From: an uncultured Verrucomicrobiae bacterium
GTDB taxonomy: Bacteria; Verrucomicrobiota; Verrucomicrobiia; Limisphaerales; Palsa-1400
Reading direction: 5' to 3'
NCBI GenBank assembly: GCA_963707025.1
Contig: CAVPOM010000005.1
Span: forward strand, 320,001-384,000
Length of the DNA stretch: 64,000 bases
This document shows, piece by piece, positions 62,851-64,000 of this stretch (the stretch's first letter is position 1; the number at the start of each line of letters is the position of its first letter). The notes under the pieces were generated by a model. The model had not been told where the DNA came from, ran no database searches, and was given only the letters and a program-made list of their open reading frames with translations. A program made the position numbers and the translations under genes.

Positions 62851-64000
62851 AGCCCATTCTGGCACGGCTCTTCTCCATTGGCATCTCGGGGGCGGTTCTT
62901 CATGCCCTCACCGGCCACGCGCAAACCGCCCCCGCCTGGCAACCCGCCAAAGCCCCGCTGATGACGCGTTGGGCTTCCGCGGTCGGTCCCACCAATTCTC
63001 ATCCGGAGTATCCGCGTCCGCAATTGGTTCGGCCAGACTGGCGAAGCCTTAATGGCTTGTGGGAGTACGCCGTCCGCCCGATTGCCTCCGCGCCGCCCGA
63101 AAAATACGACGGCCGGATTCTGGTGCCGTTTCCTGTGGAATCGGCTTTGTCGGGCGTGATGAAGCCGTTGGGCGCCAGGGAGGCGCTCTGGTATCGGCGG
63201 ACGGTGCAGATCCCTCCGGAGTGGAAAGGCCGGCGCATTCGCCTGCAATTCGGAGCCGTGGACTGGCAGTGCAAGGTCATCGTCAACGGCCGCGAAGTTG
63301 GCCAGCATCGCGGCGGCTTCGACCGGTTTGCCTTCGACATTACAGACGGCCTCCATTGGGACGGCCCTGAAGAGATCGTCGTCATGGACACCGACCCGAC
63401 CGAGGGCGATCAACCCCGCGGCAAACAGTCCCTCCATCCGCAGGGCATTTTTTACTCGTCCAATTCGGGAATTTGGCAGACGGTTTGGCTGGAGCCGGTG
63501 CCTGAGGTCTGCATAGACGGCTTATGGATGATGCCCGACCTGGAGGCCAAGGGATTGCGCCTGCGCGTGGCCGTCAACAGTCTGGCCGATGACCTGCAGG
63601 TGGAGGCGGTCGCCTCGGCTGACGGGGTCGGCGTCGGACGAGTGACCGGCCCGGCCGGCAGGGAACTGGTCCTGCGCCTGGCCAACCCAACGCTCTGGTC
63701 CCCGGATTCGCCATTCCTCTACGATTTGCAGGTCACACTGAAAAAGGGCGGGCAGGAGGCGGACCGCGTTTCCAGTTACTTCGGCATGAGACAGATCGCC
63801 TTGCTGGCGGACGCCCAGGGTATCGCGCGCATTATCTTGAATGGCCGGCCCTTGTTCCAAATCGGCACCTTGGATCAGGGGTTCTGGCCGGACGGTATTT
63901 ACACCGCGCCGACCGATGAGGCGCTCCGCTCCGACCTGGCCTTTCTCAAAGCCGCCGGTTTCAACTTGACACGAAAACACGTCAAGATCGAGCCGGACCG
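62847..64000 (+). CDS. GH2 glycoside hydrolase, 3'-truncated by the window end
   Basis: Read by hand from the ATG at 62847: MKPILARLF...PEYPRPQ...VPFPVESALSG...QPRGKQ...LDQGFWPDG...RKHVKIE. Paralogue of 49705. Confidence 0.88.
   Translation, partial: MKPILARLFSIGISGAVLHALTGHAQTAPAWQPAKAPLMTRWASAVGPTNSHPEYPRPQLVRPDWRSLNGLWEYAVRPIASAPPEKYDGRILVPFPVESALSGVMKPLGAREALWYRRTVQIPPEWKGRRIRLQFGAVDWQCKVIVNGREVGQHRGGFDRFAFDITDGLHWDGPEEIVVMDTDPTEGDQPRGKQSLHPQGIFYSSNSGIWQTVWLEPVPEVCIDGLWMMPDLEAKGLRLRVAVNSLADDLQVEAVASADGVGVGRVTGPAGRELVLRLANPTLWSPDSPFLYDLQVTLKKGGQEADRVSSYFGMRQIALLADAQGIARIILNGRPLFQIGTLDQGFWPDGIYTAPTDEALRSDLAFLKAAGFNLTRKHVKIEPD

Noticed and set aside
1..64000. CRISPR array, integrase, transposase or reverse transcriptase
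   Set aside because: I found no regularly spaced repeat-spacer structure and no such protein motifs. The four-helix-bundle gene has no RT or template repeat nearby, so a diversity-generating retroelement is not supported.

Overview
GC-rich bacterial window, most likely Verrucomicrobiota of the Pedosphaera/Limisphaera type (inferred from the prepilin/H-X9-DG protein, the LamG/Ig giant proteins and their C-terminal tails). Left to right: (1) an AT-richer cassette (1-3202) with a 5'-truncated N6-adenine DNA methyltransferase-specificity fusion carrying an extra C-terminal domain, a translationally coupled Cys/His papain-like protein, a 57-aa ORF and tRNA-Asn(GTT); (2) a four-helix-bundle gene among heptamer repeats; (3) hemE-hemN-hemG(Y)-hemH; (4) sialate O-acetylesterase, MIF-like tautomerase, TetR-HlyD-ABC exporter and a PQQ-like beta-propeller; (5) a ~15 kb type II FAS/PKS-like lipid cluster (ACP, KS, KS-like partner, B12 radical SAM, HydE/PylB-like radical SAM, GT2, adenylation enzyme, dehydratase, LolA-like protein, MMPL-acyltransferase fusion, flavin halogenase-like enzyme); (6) a ~29 kb glycan-utilisation locus (three GH2, GH36-like, two GH127/146-like, a 'glutaminase'-family six-hairpin protein, a giant LamG/Ig protein, a prepilin H-X9-DG protein, sensor kinase and NarL-type regulator) with four copies of an 18-bp palindromic operator. 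About nine small frameshifts, several in short homopolymer runs, suggest sequencing error rather than real pseudogenes. All family assignments come from motif recognition; no database searches were run.
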